From: Candidatus Binatia bacterium
GTDB taxonomy: Bacteria; Desulfobacterota; Binatia; UBA12015
Direction of reading: 5' to 3'
NCBI GenBank assembly: GCA_036563615.1
Contig: DATCMB010000010.1
Span: 7,516 to 71,515 of the forward strand
DNA length: 64,000 bases
Shown: positions 9,346 through 18,234 of the stretch, one piece after another
Numbering within the stretch: position 1 is the first letter of the stretch
Layout: each line of letters starts with the position of its first letter
Notes under the pieces: generated by a model
What the model saw: only the letters and a program-made list of their open reading frames with translations
Databases searched by the model: none
What the model was told of the DNA's origin: nothing
Made by a program: the position numbers and the translations under genes

Positions 9346-9942
9346 TCATCGCGAGCGCGGCTCCGAGGCGCTTACCACCGCGTAGCGCGCCGTCTTGTGG
9401 GTCGGGTTGTGGAGCATCGACGGCCCGTCGAGCTGCATGGCGAGGCAGTCGCCCTTGCGCAGCCGGTGGCGCTCCGTGCCGATCGTCACCTCGATCTCGC
9501 CGTCGAGCACCCAGACCTGCTGGTGGACGGGCGTCTCGTGTCCTGGGTTCTCGAACGCGACGTGGGCGCCGGCCGGCAGCTGCACCTCGACGATCCGCAT
9601 CGGCTGCCCGGCGCCTGGCGGCGTGACGTTGCGCCGCACGTAGCCCGAGCCCGGGTCACGCCAGGTGGGCTGGTCCTCGCGGCGCGCCAGCGGGCCGCTC
9701 GGGGGGCCGCCGTCGGTCGCCGGGGCCTCGAACAGCGCGGCGAGCGTCACGCCGAGCCCAGCCGCGAGCTTCTCGAGCACGACGACGGTCGGGCTCGTCT
9801 CGCCGCGCTCGATCAGGGAGATCATCGAGCGGCTGACGCCGCTGCGGCCGGCCAGCGCCTCGAGCGACAGCCCGCGCTCGGTGCGCAGCGCGCGCACCCG
9901 CTCGGCGATGCGGGCGTCGAGATCGCTCGTCGGTGCATCCAT
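9346..9942 (-). CDS. XRE-family HTH transcriptional regulator with C-terminal cupin domain
   Basis: N-terminal Cro/C1-type HTH (LRTERGLSLEALAGRSGVSRSMISLIERGE) and a C-terminal cupin-like beta region. Confidence 0.85.
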   Translation of the reverse strand: MDAPTSDLDARIAERVRALRTERGLSLEALAGRSGVSRSMISLIERGETSPTVVVLEKLAAGLGVTLAALFEAPATDGGPPSGPLARREDQPTWRDPGSGYVRRNVTPPGAGQPMRIVEVQLPAGAHVAFENPGHETPVHQQVWVLDGEIEVTIGTERHRLRKGDCLAMQLDGPSMLHNPTHKTARYAVVSASEPRSR

Positions 9943-9993
9943 GATGCTGGATGAATCTTCCAGTATATTGGAAGCGGAGTGAAGCGCACCACC

Positions 9994-10617
9994 CTATTCC
10001 TCCGGCGCCCCTCCGCCGCCATCCCCCATCGCGCGGCGGCGCAGCGTCGCGCGGATGTGCTCGGCGTCCTCGGGCTGCAAGCGCGCGAGCGCGGTGCGCG
10101 CGCGGCGGTCGTTGGGACGCACGGCCAGCACCTGCTGCAGGTACTCGCGCGCCGCGAGCCGCCGGTCCTCGTGCAGCGCGATCTCCGCGAGCAGACGCAG
10201 CACCTCGATGTCGGTCGGCGCGACCTCGCGCGCGCGCGTCAAGTAGCGGCGTGCGTTCTCGCGGTCGCGGTGGCGGTAGTACAAGCGGCCGAGCGCCTTC
10301 AGGGCGTCGGCGCCGAGCGGCGCGAGGCGCAGCGCTTCCTCGAGCTGTCCGATCGCCGAGCGGACGCGTCCGGCGCGGATCAGATCGCGCGCCATCGCGA
10401 CCAGGTTGCGGCTCTCTTCGGCGAACTCGCGCACGTCGGCCTCGACCCGCAGCACGGCGTCGTCGAGCTCGACGTGGCGCAGCGTCGCCTGCGGACCGAG
10501 GTAGGCCCGCAGCAGCGCGAGCGTCTCGTCGCGGTCGGTGGCGCCGAGAAAGACGCGGCCGAGCGCGTCGGTCTTGTGGTCCTCGCGGTGGATCTCGAGG
10601 GTGACCCGGCGCTTCAT
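9994..10617 (-). CDS. TPR-repeat protein, translationally coupled to the upstream dGTPase
   Basis: 207-aa internal ATG segment of ORF 9994..11211. Its ATG overlaps the dGTPase stop (ATGA). The C-terminal two-thirds consists of TPR-like helical repeats. Confidence 0.6.
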   Translation of the reverse strand: MKRRVTLEIHREDHKTDALGRVFLGATDRDETLALLRAYLGPQATLRHVELDDAVLRVEADVREFAEESRNLVAMARDLIRAGRVRSAIGQLEEALRLAPLGADALKALGRLYYRHRDRENARRYLTRAREVAPTDIEVLRLLAEIALHEDRRLAAREYLQQVLAVRPNDRRARTALARLQPEDAEHIRATLRRRAMGDGGGGAPEE

Positions 10618-11765
10618 ACCTTCTCGAGCGGATCGAAGAGCTTCTTGTACTCGTCGAGCGCGAAGCGGTCGGTCATGCCGGCGATGTAGTCGGCGATGAC
10701 GCGCGCGCGGTCCTCCCCTTTCTCGATCAGCGCGTAGACGTGCGGCGGCATCTGGCGCGGCTCGTCGAGGTAGGTGTTGAACAGCCCAGTGATGATCGTT
10801 TTTGCCTTGACGCCCATCCGCGTGACGCGCACGTGCGTGTAGAGGTGCGCCATCAGGAAGTCCTTGAGCTCGCGGATCTTCGGCGCCATCTCCGGGCTGT
10901 AGTCGACGAGTCGCGGCCGCACCGCGCGTACGTCGTCGATCGACTTGATTCCGTGCTGCGCGAGCTGGCGCTCGACGTGCGCGACCAGGTCCGAGACCAT
11001 CGCGTCGAGGATGCGGCGCACCGTCTGGTAGCGGAGCAACGAGAACGGCGCCTTGGGCCAGCGGGCGCGCGCCTCCGCGAAGTGCTCGCGCCACAGCGTG
11101 ACCTGCTCCATCTGCTCCGGGTGCAGCATGCCGGACTGCAGGCCGTCGTCGATGTCGTGGCAGTTGTACGCGATCTCGTCGGCGAAGTCGGCGATCTGCG
11201 CCTCGAGGCACGGCGCGAGGTGCGGATCGAAGCGCTTGACCATCGGGCGATCGTACTCGGACGAGTGCTTGACGATGCCCTCGCGCACCTCCCAGGTGAG
11301 GTTCAGCCCGGGGAAGTCCGGATAGCGCTCCTCGAGACGCTCGACGATGCGCAGGCTCTGCGCGTTGTGCTCGAAGCCGCCGTACGGCTTCATCAGCGCG
11401 TCGAGCACGCGCTCGCCGGCGTGACCGAACGGCGTGTGGCCGAGGTCGTGCGCGAGGACGACCGCCTCCGCGAGGTCCTCGTTGAGCCGCAGCGCGCGCG
11501 CCATCGTGCGCGTGATCTGCGCGCCCTCCATCGTGTGCGTGAGGCGCGTCCGGTAGTAGTCGCCCTCGTGATTGACGAAGACCTGCGTCTTGTACTCGAG
11601 GCGGCGGAACGCGGTCGAGTGCACGATGCGGTCGCGATCGCGCTGGAACGCGGTGCGCAGCGGATGCTCGGGCTCGGGGAACTCGCGGCCGCGTGATTGC
11701 GCGCTGCGCATCGCCCAGGGTGCGAGCAGAGCGTCCTCGCGTGCCTCGTACTCTTCGCGCTTCAC
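10614..11765 (-). CDS. dgt: Deoxyguanosinetriphosphate triphosphohydrolase-like protein (HD-domain dNTPase)
   Basis: HD motif ...HDLGHTPFGHAGE... and the dGTPase family N-terminus FQRDRDRIVHSTAFRRLEYKTQVF. Length is 383 aa. Confidence 0.9.
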   Translation of the reverse strand: MKREEYEAREDALLAPWAMRSAQSRGREFPEPEHPLRTAFQRDRDRIVHSTAFRRLEYKTQVFVNHEGDYYRTRLTHTMEGAQITRTMARALRLNEDLAEAVVLAHDLGHTPFGHAGERVLDALMKPYGGFEHNAQSLRIVERLEERYPDFPGLNLTWEVREGIVKHSSEYDRPMVKRFDPHLAPCLEAQIADFADEIAYNCHDIDDGLQSGMLHPEQMEQVTLWREHFAEARARWPKAPFSLLRYQTVRRILDAMVSDLVAHVERQLAQHGIKSIDDVRAVRPRLVDYSPEMAPKIRELKDFLMAHLYTHVRVTRMGVKAKTIITGLFNTYLDEPRQMPPHVYALIEKGEDRARVIADYIAGMTDRFALDEYKKLFDPLEKV

Positions 11766-11878
11766 CGTCCTCGCACGCTCCCGCGCGCCGATGCGCGCGT
11801 ACCGGGCGCAGCTATATCGGCAGCCGTCCGAAGCAGCAAGGCGCTCGACGAAGCGCGTGTGAGGAGCGCGCGTTCAGC

Positions 11879-13024
11879 TCAGGCGACGCGCGTCGCGCGC
11901 CCGCTGCCGCCGACGAGCGCGGGCCACGACGGGTGCGCTAAGAGCGCACGCTCGACGTCGGCGACCGACGGCTCGACGAGCGAGACGTCGAGAGGTCCGC
12001 GCGGCGGGAAGAACGTCGACGCGCGGTTCGACAGCACGGCGACGCACGGCACGCCGAGCGCGGCCGCGAGGTGCATCGGGCCCGAGTCGGGCGTCACGAC
12101 GACGGTCGCGGTCGCGAGCAGTGCTGCGAATGCGCGCAGCGGCCGCGGCTCGAGCACGCGGGCGACGCCGGCGAGACGCTCGCGCAGGCGCTCGACCGCG
12201 CCCGCCTCGTCCGGGCCGGTGAACACGACGACGCTCGCCCCCTCCCCCGCGACCCGCCGCGCGAGCGCGACCCAGCAGTCCTCGGGCCAGCGCTTCGCGC
12301 CGTGCCCGCCGACGAACAGGGCGACGAACGGATGGACGCGCTCGTGGTCCGCGAGCCGCAGGAGCTTCAGCGTTGCGAGAGCATCGGCCGCCTCGGCTTC
12401 CGTGACGACGTACACCGGACGCGGCTCGCAGGTGACGCCGAGCCGCTCGGCGAACGCGACCGGACCGTCGTACGCGTGCGTCACCGGCGCGGCCGGCAGC
12501 CGGACGTTGAGGAAGCGGTCGCCGCGTCCCGTGATGCCGACGCGGAAGCGCGCGCCGCTGAGAAACGTGTAGAGCCCGCCCGAGAACGAGCCCATCGCGG
12601 CTTCGATCGCGACGTCGTACTTGCGGCGGCGCAGACGCGCGAACAGCGCGACGAAGCGCCACGGCCGCGCGACGAAGCGGCGCGAGATGGCGATCCGCTC
12701 GTCGATGCCGAGGTGCTCGACGACCGCGAGCGTGCCCTCGCCGCCCAGGTAGTCGATCTGCGCATGCGGGAAGCGCTCGCGCAGCGCCGCGATCAGCGGG
12801 CTCGTGATCAGAGCGTTGCCGAGGCGGAAGTTCGGACGCACGAGCAGGACGCGCCGCACGTCGGTCACGTCGTCGAGCGGGATGTTTGGCGTGACCGGGA
12901 GAACGAGGTCGAGCAGGCGTCCGAGCAGCCACTGGCCGACGGCCTCGAGGCGGCCGCCGATGGCGGACGCGATTCGCCGGACGCTCCGGGCCCGCGTACG
13001 GACCCGCCCTCGGTTTTCCGCCAC
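11879..13024 (-). CDS. Glycosyltransferase family 9 (ADP-heptose:LPS heptosyltransferase-like)
   Basis: GT9 fold pattern: ...RVLLVRPNFRLGNALITSPLIAAL..., and C-terminal PDSGPMHLAAALGVPCVAV. GTG start with a GAGAGAGGAGG Shine-Dalgarno sequence. Confidence 0.85.
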   Translation of the reverse strand: MAENRGRVRTRARSVRRIASAIGGRLEAVGQWLLGRLLDLVLPVTPNIPLDDVTDVRRVLLVRPNFRLGNALITSPLIAALRERFPHAQIDYLGGEGTLAVVEHLGIDERIAISRRFVARPWRFVALFARLRRRKYDVAIEAAMGSFSGGLYTFLSGARFRVGITGRGDRFLNVRLPAAPVTHAYDGPVAFAERLGVTCEPRPVYVVTEAEAADALATLKLLRLADHERVHPFVALFVGGHGAKRWPEDCWVALARRVAGEGASVVVFTGPDEAGAVERLRERLAGVARVLEPRPLRAFAALLATATVVVTPDSGPMHLAAALGVPCVAVLSNRASTFFPPRGPLDVSLVEPSVADVERALLAHPSWPALVGGSGRATRVA

Positions 13025-13126
13025 CAGGCCTCCTCTCTCCCGCCGGGCGTGCCGGTCGGTCCACCGGTGGTAGCGAAACTGGGTCAGGGAGGAAAGCGCA
13101 AAGAACGCGCCGCCGCGTTCGGTGAG

Positions 13127-13200
13127 TGCCCCCGCCGCGATTCGAACGCGGGACCCCAGGATTAGGAATCCTGTGCTCTATCCACCTGAGCTACGGGGGC
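13127..13200 (-). tRNA. tRNA-Arg (anticodon CCT)
   Basis: 74-nt cloverleaf read by hand on the minus strand: GCCCCCG-TA-GCTC-AGGTGGATA-GAGC-A-CAGGA-TTCCTAA-TCCTG-GGGTC-CCGCG-TTCGAAT-CGCGG-CGGGGGC-A. The 7-bp acceptor stem, T-loop TTCGAAT and anticodon CCT are all present; CCA is not encoded. Confidence 0.85.
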
Positions 13201-13432
13201 TCGAGCCGCGAGCGGTCCGTCCCGGTCGCGGTTTCGCTGTTCCTAACACGGCGCGGGCTACCGCCAAACGTCCAGCGCTGGCTCCATGGCGTCACCGACG
13301 CAGCCCACAGGAGCGTGACGGCAGCCGCGCACGCACCCGAAAGGACGCAGCAGCGCCCGTCGGGCTTTCACCCCGCGCCGCGAAAGATGGACGGCTCGGG
13401 CCGCGGACGCGCCGGTCAGCGGAGACCGCCGC

Positions 13433-14422
13433 TCAGGCCTTCGCCTTCGCGCGGTGCGCCCAGAGCAGCACGATCGGCGCCGCGATGTAGATCGTCGAGT
13501 AGGCGCCGGTCACGAAGCCGACGAAGAGCGTGAACGAGAACGGACGCAGCCCGCTGCCGCCCCACACGAGGAGCGCGATCAGCACCAGCAGCACGGTGCC
13601 CGTCGTGAGCAACGTGCGCGACAGCGTCTCGTTGATCGCGCGGTTGATGACGGTCGCGAGGTCCGCCTTGGGGTTGCGCTTCAGGATCTCGCGGATGCGG
13701 TCCGAGATGATGATCGTGTCGTTGACCGAGAAGCCGACGACCGTGAGCAGCGCCGCGAGCGTCGTCAGGTCGAAGGTCAACTGGGTCAGCACGAGCGCGC
13801 CGATCGAGATCAGCACGTCGTGGATCAGCGCGATCACCGCTCCGACGCCGAAGCTCCACTCGAAGCGCAGCGCGATGTAGATGCCCATGCAGATCGTCGC
13901 GAAGGTCACCGCGAGCAGACCTTGCTGGCGGAGCTGCGCGCCGACCTTCGGGCCGACGCTCTCGACGCTGAGGATGTCGAACGCGCCCTCCTGCGGGCGG
14001 CTCTTGCGGAACGCTTCGCTGAGGCGCTCCCCGATGCTGCTCATCTCGGCGCCTTCCTCGATGTCGAAGCGCAGCAGGAACTCGCGGCCCTGGTTGCCGA
14101 AGTCCTGCACCGTCAGCTCGCGCAGGTCGAGGTCGGCGAGCTCGCTGCGAAGATCGCCGGCGGTCGTCGGCTCGGCGAAGCGGACGCGGACGTCCGTGCC
14201 GCCGCGGAAGTCGACGCCGTAGTTCAGACCTACCGTGAAGAGCAGGATCAGCGCGACGATGTTGAGGACCGTCGAGAGCGCGACGAAGAAGCGTCGCTTG
14301 CCGACGAAGTCGATGTTGAGATCGCCGGGAATGAGCTCGCGGAACTTCGGCGGGGTCGTCGGCGCGGCCTCCCCTGCGGGGCCCTTGCGGGTCGTGGCTT
14401 TCTTCGTCTGCGGCTCTGCCAT
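13433..14422 (-). CDS. secF: Protein translocase subunit SecF
   Basis: Typical SecF N-terminus (NIDFVGKRRFFVALS), six TM segments, and the conserved FDLTTLAALLTVVGFSVNDTII motif. No secD is adjacent. Confidence 0.9.
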   Translation of the reverse strand: MAEPQTKKATTRKGPAGEAAPTTPPKFRELIPGDLNIDFVGKRRFFVALSTVLNIVALILLFTVGLNYGVDFRGGTDVRVRFAEPTTAGDLRSELADLDLRELTVQDFGNQGREFLLRFDIEEGAEMSSIGERLSEAFRKSRPQEGAFDILSVESVGPKVGAQLRQQGLLAVTFATICMGIYIALRFEWSFGVGAVIALIHDVLISIGALVLTQLTFDLTTLAALLTVVGFSVNDTIIISDRIREILKRNPKADLATVINRAINETLSRTLLTTGTVLLVLIALLVWGGSGLRPFSFTLFVGFVTGAYSTIYIAAPIVLLWAHRAKAKA

Positions 14423-14485
14423 TGGAATACCGGTCTCTCGCGTCTAGCACCGCCCCCCGGGGCTCTCAACCGAGGGGTCGGCGCG

Positions 14486-15088
14486 TCACATCTCGCGGCG
14501 CCCCTCGAGCGACTTCGACAGCGTGATCGCGTCCGTGTACTCGACGTCGCCGCCCATCGGCAGGCCACGTGCGATGCGCGTCACGCGGACGCCCAGCGGC
14601 TTGACCAGACGCGCGATGTAGAGCGCCGTCGCCTCGCCTTCCGCCGTCGGGTTGGTGGCGACGATGATCTCGGCGACGCCGCCGCGCTTGACGCGCTCGA
14701 CGAGCTCGCTGCAGCGCAGGTGCTCCGGGCCGATGCCGTCGAGCGGTGAGATCGCGCCGCCGAGCACGTGGTAGTGGCCGCGGTACTCCTGGGCGCGCTC
14801 GAGCGCGAGCATGTCGGCGGGCTCCTCGACGACGCAGACCTCGTCCGCGCGTCGCTTCGGATCGGAGCAGATGCTGCACGGGTCCTGCTCGGTGAGCCCG
14901 AAGCAGCGCGAGCACAGGCGGCTCTGCTCCTTGACGCTGAGCAACGCCTGCGCGAGGTCGGCGGCGTACGAGTGGTCGGCGCGCAGGATGTAGAAGGCGA
15001 GCCGCGTCGCGGTCTTCTCGCCGATGCCGGGCAGGCGCTTCAGCTCCTCGACGAGGCGCTGCATGGATGGCGTCAGGGCGGTCGGCAT
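14486..15088 (-). CDS. recR: Recombination protein RecR
   Basis: Helix-hairpin-helix LPGIGEKTATRLAF, C4 zinc finger CSRC...CSIC, and Toprim domain. Confidence 0.95.
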   Translation of the reverse strand: MPTALTPSMQRLVEELKRLPGIGEKTATRLAFYILRADHSYAADLAQALLSVKEQSRLCSRCFGLTEQDPCSICSDPKRRADEVCVVEEPADMLALERAQEYRGHYHVLGGAISPLDGIGPEHLRCSELVERVKRGGVAEIIVATNPTAEGEATALYIARLVKPLGVRVTRIARGLPMGGDVEYTDAITLSKSLEGRREM

Positions 15089-15116
15089 CGGTGGCTGTCG
15101 TGAACCTCGCTTCTTG

Positions 15117-15446
15117 TCAGCCGAGGCCGGGGATGCGCAAGCCTCCGGTGAGCTTCGACATCTCCTCGGCCATCATCCCCTGCGCCTTGCGCAGCGCCTC
15201 GTTGACCGCGGCGACGATCAGGTCCTCCAGCATCTCGCGGTCGTCGCTGCGCAGGATCTCCGGGTCGATCTTGACGGACAGCACCTGCAGCTTGCCATTG
15301 ACCTTGGCGACGACCATGCCGCCGCCGGCCGACGCTTCGACGGTCCGCGCACCGACCTCCTCCTGCAGGCTCGTGAGCCGCTCCTGCATGGCCTTCGCCT
15401 GCTTCATGAGGTCGCCCATGCTCGACAGATCGAACGGATTTGCCAT
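15117..15446 (-). CDS. ybaB: Nucleoid-associated protein YbaB/EbfC
   Basis: 109-aa internal ATG segment of ORF 15117..15965: MANPFDLSSMGDLMKQAKAMQERL.... Conserved position between dnaX and recR. Confidence 0.9.
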   Translation of the reverse strand: MANPFDLSSMGDLMKQAKAMQERLTSLQEEVGARTVEASAGGGMVVAKVNGKLQVLSVKIDPEILRSDDREMLEDLIVAAVNEALRKAQGMMAEEMSKLTGGLRIPGLG

Positions 15447-15477
15447 TGCTCGACTCTCTTTCGCCGCGTTGCGCGGA

Positions 15478-17370
15478 TCAGTCCTCGCGGCGGTTGCGCG
15501 GTAGCACGCCTTCGACACGCCCCTCGAGGATCTCGACGCTGAGCTGCACGATCGGATCTTCGCGCGCGGCACGGTCGAGCGCCGCGTGGTTCGCGGTCGG
15601 GCTCGGCACGCTGCCGTCGCCCGGCACGACGGGCTCGAAGCGCAGGCGGCGTCCGAACGCGCGCTCGATCGCCTCTTCGATCTGCGCACGCACGTCCGGC
15701 GCGGTGAGCGCCGCGACCGCTTCCTTGCCCGTGACCGCGACGCGCAGCACCTCGTCGCCGACCTCGAGCACCTTGCTGTACGAGAGGCGGAAGAAGCGCG
15801 ACGCGCTCGCGCGCTGCAGCGCGTCCACGAGGCCCTTCCAGCGCGCCTGATCGGTCGACGCTGCGGAAGCCGTGCCGCGAGCGGCGCTGCTGCCGTTGCC
15901 GTTCGTGGCCGTCGTACCCGGCGCGGACGACGCTGCCGTCGCGCGCGCGGGGAACGTCGCCGCATTCGCGGCCGCCGCGCTGACGCCGGCGGCGCGCAGG
16001 CCCATGCCGTCGCTCGGCCCGGCCGCCCTGGGCTGAGGCGTCATGGACGCAGCCGACGTCGCGCGCGGGCCCGGCGCCATCGGGGCGGAGCGTCCCGGCG
16101 TCGGCATCGGGATCGTGCGCTGCGGACGCCCGCCGCCGCGGCCGTCGTCGCCGCCGCCGCGCTCGAGCGCTTCCAGACGCGCCACGAGCTCGTCGAGCGG
16201 CACGAGCGGCGCGAGCGTCGCCATCTGCACCACCGCCATCTCCAGGACCAGGCGCGGGTACGGGCTCTTCGAGATCTCGTCGAGCGCGTCGAGCAGGATG
16301 CGGAACCAGCGCTGCAGGTCCGATTGCGGGACGCCGCGCTGCGTGGCCTCGAGCTCGTCGATCGCCGCGGGCTCGAGGTCGGCGAGCGCCTGGCGACCGG
16401 CGACCGCGAGGACGGTCAGGTTGCGGATGCGCTCGAGCATCGCCTGCCCGAAGCGCGCCATGTCGATGCCCTGCGCGCACACCCGCGCCACGACCTCGAG
16501 CGCCTTGCCCGGATCGCGCGCGATCGCGGCGTCGACCACCTCGCGCACGGCGCGCTGGTCGGGCAGACCGAGCGCCGCGTTGACCGCCTCGACGTCGACC
16601 CTCCCCGAGGAGAACGCGAGCACCTGATCGAGCAGCGAGGTCGCGTCGCGCAGGCTGCCGCCCGCCTCGCGGGCGATCGCGCGCAGCGCCTCCTCGTCCG
16701 CCTCCATGCCCTCCGAGCGCACCATCGCGCCCAGCGTGCGGACCACCGTCTCGGTCGCGACCGAGCGGAAGTCGAAGCGCTGGCAGCGCGACAGAATGGT
16801 CGACGGCAGCTTGTGGACGGCGGTCGTCGCCAGGATGAACTTCGCGTGCGGCGGCGGCTCCTCGAGCGTCTTGAGGAACGCGTCGACCGCCTGCTTCGAG
16901 AGACCGTGCGCCTCGTCGATGATGTAGACGCGGAAGCGTCCGCTCGCCGGCTGGTACTTGACGGTCTCGAGGAGCTCGCGGGTCGCGTCGATGCCGGTCT
17001 GCGAGGCGGCGTCGACCTCGAGGACGTCGAGCGAGCGTCCTTCCGTGATCTCGATGCAGCTCGCGCAGCGGTTGCAGGGCGTCGGCGTCGGACCCTCGGC
17101 GCAGTTGAGCGCCTTGGCGAGGATGCGCGCGGTCGTCGTCTTGCCGACGCCGCGCATGCCGCTGAACACGAACGCGTGCGCCAGGCGACCGGTCGTCAGC
17201 GCGTTGATCAGCGTCTGGGTGACGTGCTCCTGGCCGACGACGTCGGCGAAGGTCTGTGGCCGCGCGCGCCGCGCGAGCACCTGGTAGGCGCCGCCGGCGC
17301 CCGTCCCTCGACCGGATGCGGGCTGTGGGAAGAGTTCCCGCTCGTCAGTCATGGTGCCGCTCGCGGACAA
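15478..17370 (-). CDS. dnaX: DNA polymerase III subunit gamma/tau
   Basis: AAA+ clamp-loader motifs GMRGVGKTTTARILAK, zinc module CNRCASC, and SRC motif. No A-rich slippery heptamer was seen. Confidence 0.95.
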   Translation of the reverse strand: MSASGTMTDERELFPQPASGRGTGAGGAYQVLARRARPQTFADVVGQEHVTQTLINALTTGRLAHAFVFSGMRGVGKTTTARILAKALNCAEGPTPTPCNRCASCIEITEGRSLDVLEVDAASQTGIDATRELLETVKYQPASGRFRVYIIDEAHGLSKQAVDAFLKTLEEPPPHAKFILATTAVHKLPSTILSRCQRFDFRSVATETVVRTLGAMVRSEGMEADEEALRAIAREAGGSLRDATSLLDQVLAFSSGRVDVEAVNAALGLPDQRAVREVVDAAIARDPGKALEVVARVCAQGIDMARFGQAMLERIRNLTVLAVAGRQALADLEPAAIDELEATQRGVPQSDLQRWFRILLDALDEISKSPYPRLVLEMAVVQMATLAPLVPLDELVARLEALERGGGDDGRGGGRPQRTIPMPTPGRSAPMAPGPRATSAASMTPQPRAAGPSDGMGLRAAGVSAAAANAATFPARATAASSAPGTTATNGNGSSAARGTASAASTDQARWKGLVDALQRASASRFFRLSYSKVLEVGDEVLRVAVTGKEAVAALTAPDVRAQIEEAIERAFGRRLRFEPVVPGDGSVPSPTANHAALDRAAREDPIVQLSVEILEGRVEGVLPRNRRED

Positions 17371-17436
17371 CGACCGGGCCGTCGTCCGCGGTCGGGTCGA
17401 CGCGCGCGGTCACGTAGACCTACTTGCTGCGAGCAC

Positions 17437-17550
17437 GTCAGTGATAGCTAGGCACCCCCGCGGCACAGAGGAGAAATCGGTACCGTTGCTCCCTTCCGGG
17501 CCTGGCGGGGTTCGCGACCTCCTCTTGCGCAGGACCTAGCTATCACTGAC
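17437..17550 (-). ncRNA. ffs: Signal recognition particle RNA, small (4.5S-type) ffs
   Basis: A perfect 16-bp terminal inverted repeat (GTCAGTGATAGCTAGG / CCTAGCTATCACTGAC) encloses about 80 nt. The minus-strand RNA contains CCAGGCCCGGAAGGGAGCAAC, matching the conserved SRP domain IV motif CCAGGUCCGGAAGGAAGCAGC. It sits immediately upstream of dnaX, as in many bacteria. Confidence 0.8.
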
Positions 17551-17619
17551 ATGCCCGATGCGGAAAACCGTAACCCCTACCCTGCGGGGGCGCAAGCAGG
17601 AGGACACCGCGCGCACGTC

Positions 17620-18234
17620 TCAGGATCTCTGCGAAAGCACGCGCGCGAGCCGCAGGTGGTAGGCGACGCCCGACCACAGCGCGAGGAAGAGCGCGATCCA
17701 CAGGAACACCATGCCCGCGGCGTGGAAGTCGATCCGCCAGATCGGGTAGTGCAGCAGCAGCGCGACCAGCGCCACGACCTCGAAGGTCATCTTCGCCTTG
17801 CCGAGCGATTCCGCGCCGAGCACGATCCCCTCGTCGCGGGCGATCGCGCGCAGCCCGGTGACCGCGACCTCGCGCGCCGCGATGATCGCCACCATCCAGC
17901 CCGGGACGCGCGGCGTGCGCTGCATCGCGGCGAGCATGATCAGCGCGCTGATGATCAGCACCTTGTCGGCGAGCGGATCGAGGAACTTGCCGAGGTTGGT
18001 GATCAGACCGCGTCGACGCGCGAGGTAGCCGTCGAGCCAGTCGCTGATGCACGCGATGAGGAAGGCGACGGTCGCGGCGATGGCGGCGATCCGCCCCTCG
18101 TAGGTCAGGAGCCAGATCAGCACCGGCGTGATCGCGACCCGGCTCAGCGAGATGACGTTGGGCAGGTTGAGCGCCCGCGGCCGGCGTGCGCCGGCGACCG
18201 GCGGCCCCGCCGCGCGCTCCCCTGCTTCGGTCAT
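17620..18234 (-). CDS. pgsA: CDP-diacylglycerol--glycerol-3-phosphate 3-phosphatidyltransferase
   Basis: CDP-alcohol phosphatidyltransferase motif DWLDGYLARR...GKFLDPLADK, and a multi-TM protein. Confidence 0.9.
   Translation of the reverse strand: MTEAGERAAGPPVAGARRPRALNLPNVISLSRVAITPVLIWLLTYEGRIAAIAATVAFLIACISDWLDGYLARRRGLITNLGKFLDPLADKVLIISALIMLAAMQRTPRVPGWMVAIIAAREVAVTGLRAIARDEGIVLGAESLGKAKMTFEVVALVALLLHYPIWRIDFHAAGMVFLWIALFLALWSGVAYHLRLARVLSQRS

Noticed and set aside
9194-9385. 63-aa ORF between amidase and XRE regulator
   Set aside because: Overlaps the 3' end of the XRE gene on the opposite strand, has no RBS and has an atypical composition. It is kept only as part of the intergenic-region finding.
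13064-13432. Possible mobile-element insertion at tRNA-Arg
   Set aside because: No integrase, direct repeat of the tRNA 3' end or foreign-composition DNA flanks the tRNA. Neighbours are core genes (GT9, secF).
15478-17370. Programmed -1 frameshift site in dnaX (gamma subunit production)
   Set aside because: No A-rich slippery heptamer (A AAA AAG) or poly-A slippage tract was found anywhere in the gene; complementary T-runs are absent on the plus strand. dnaX probably encodes only full-length tau here.
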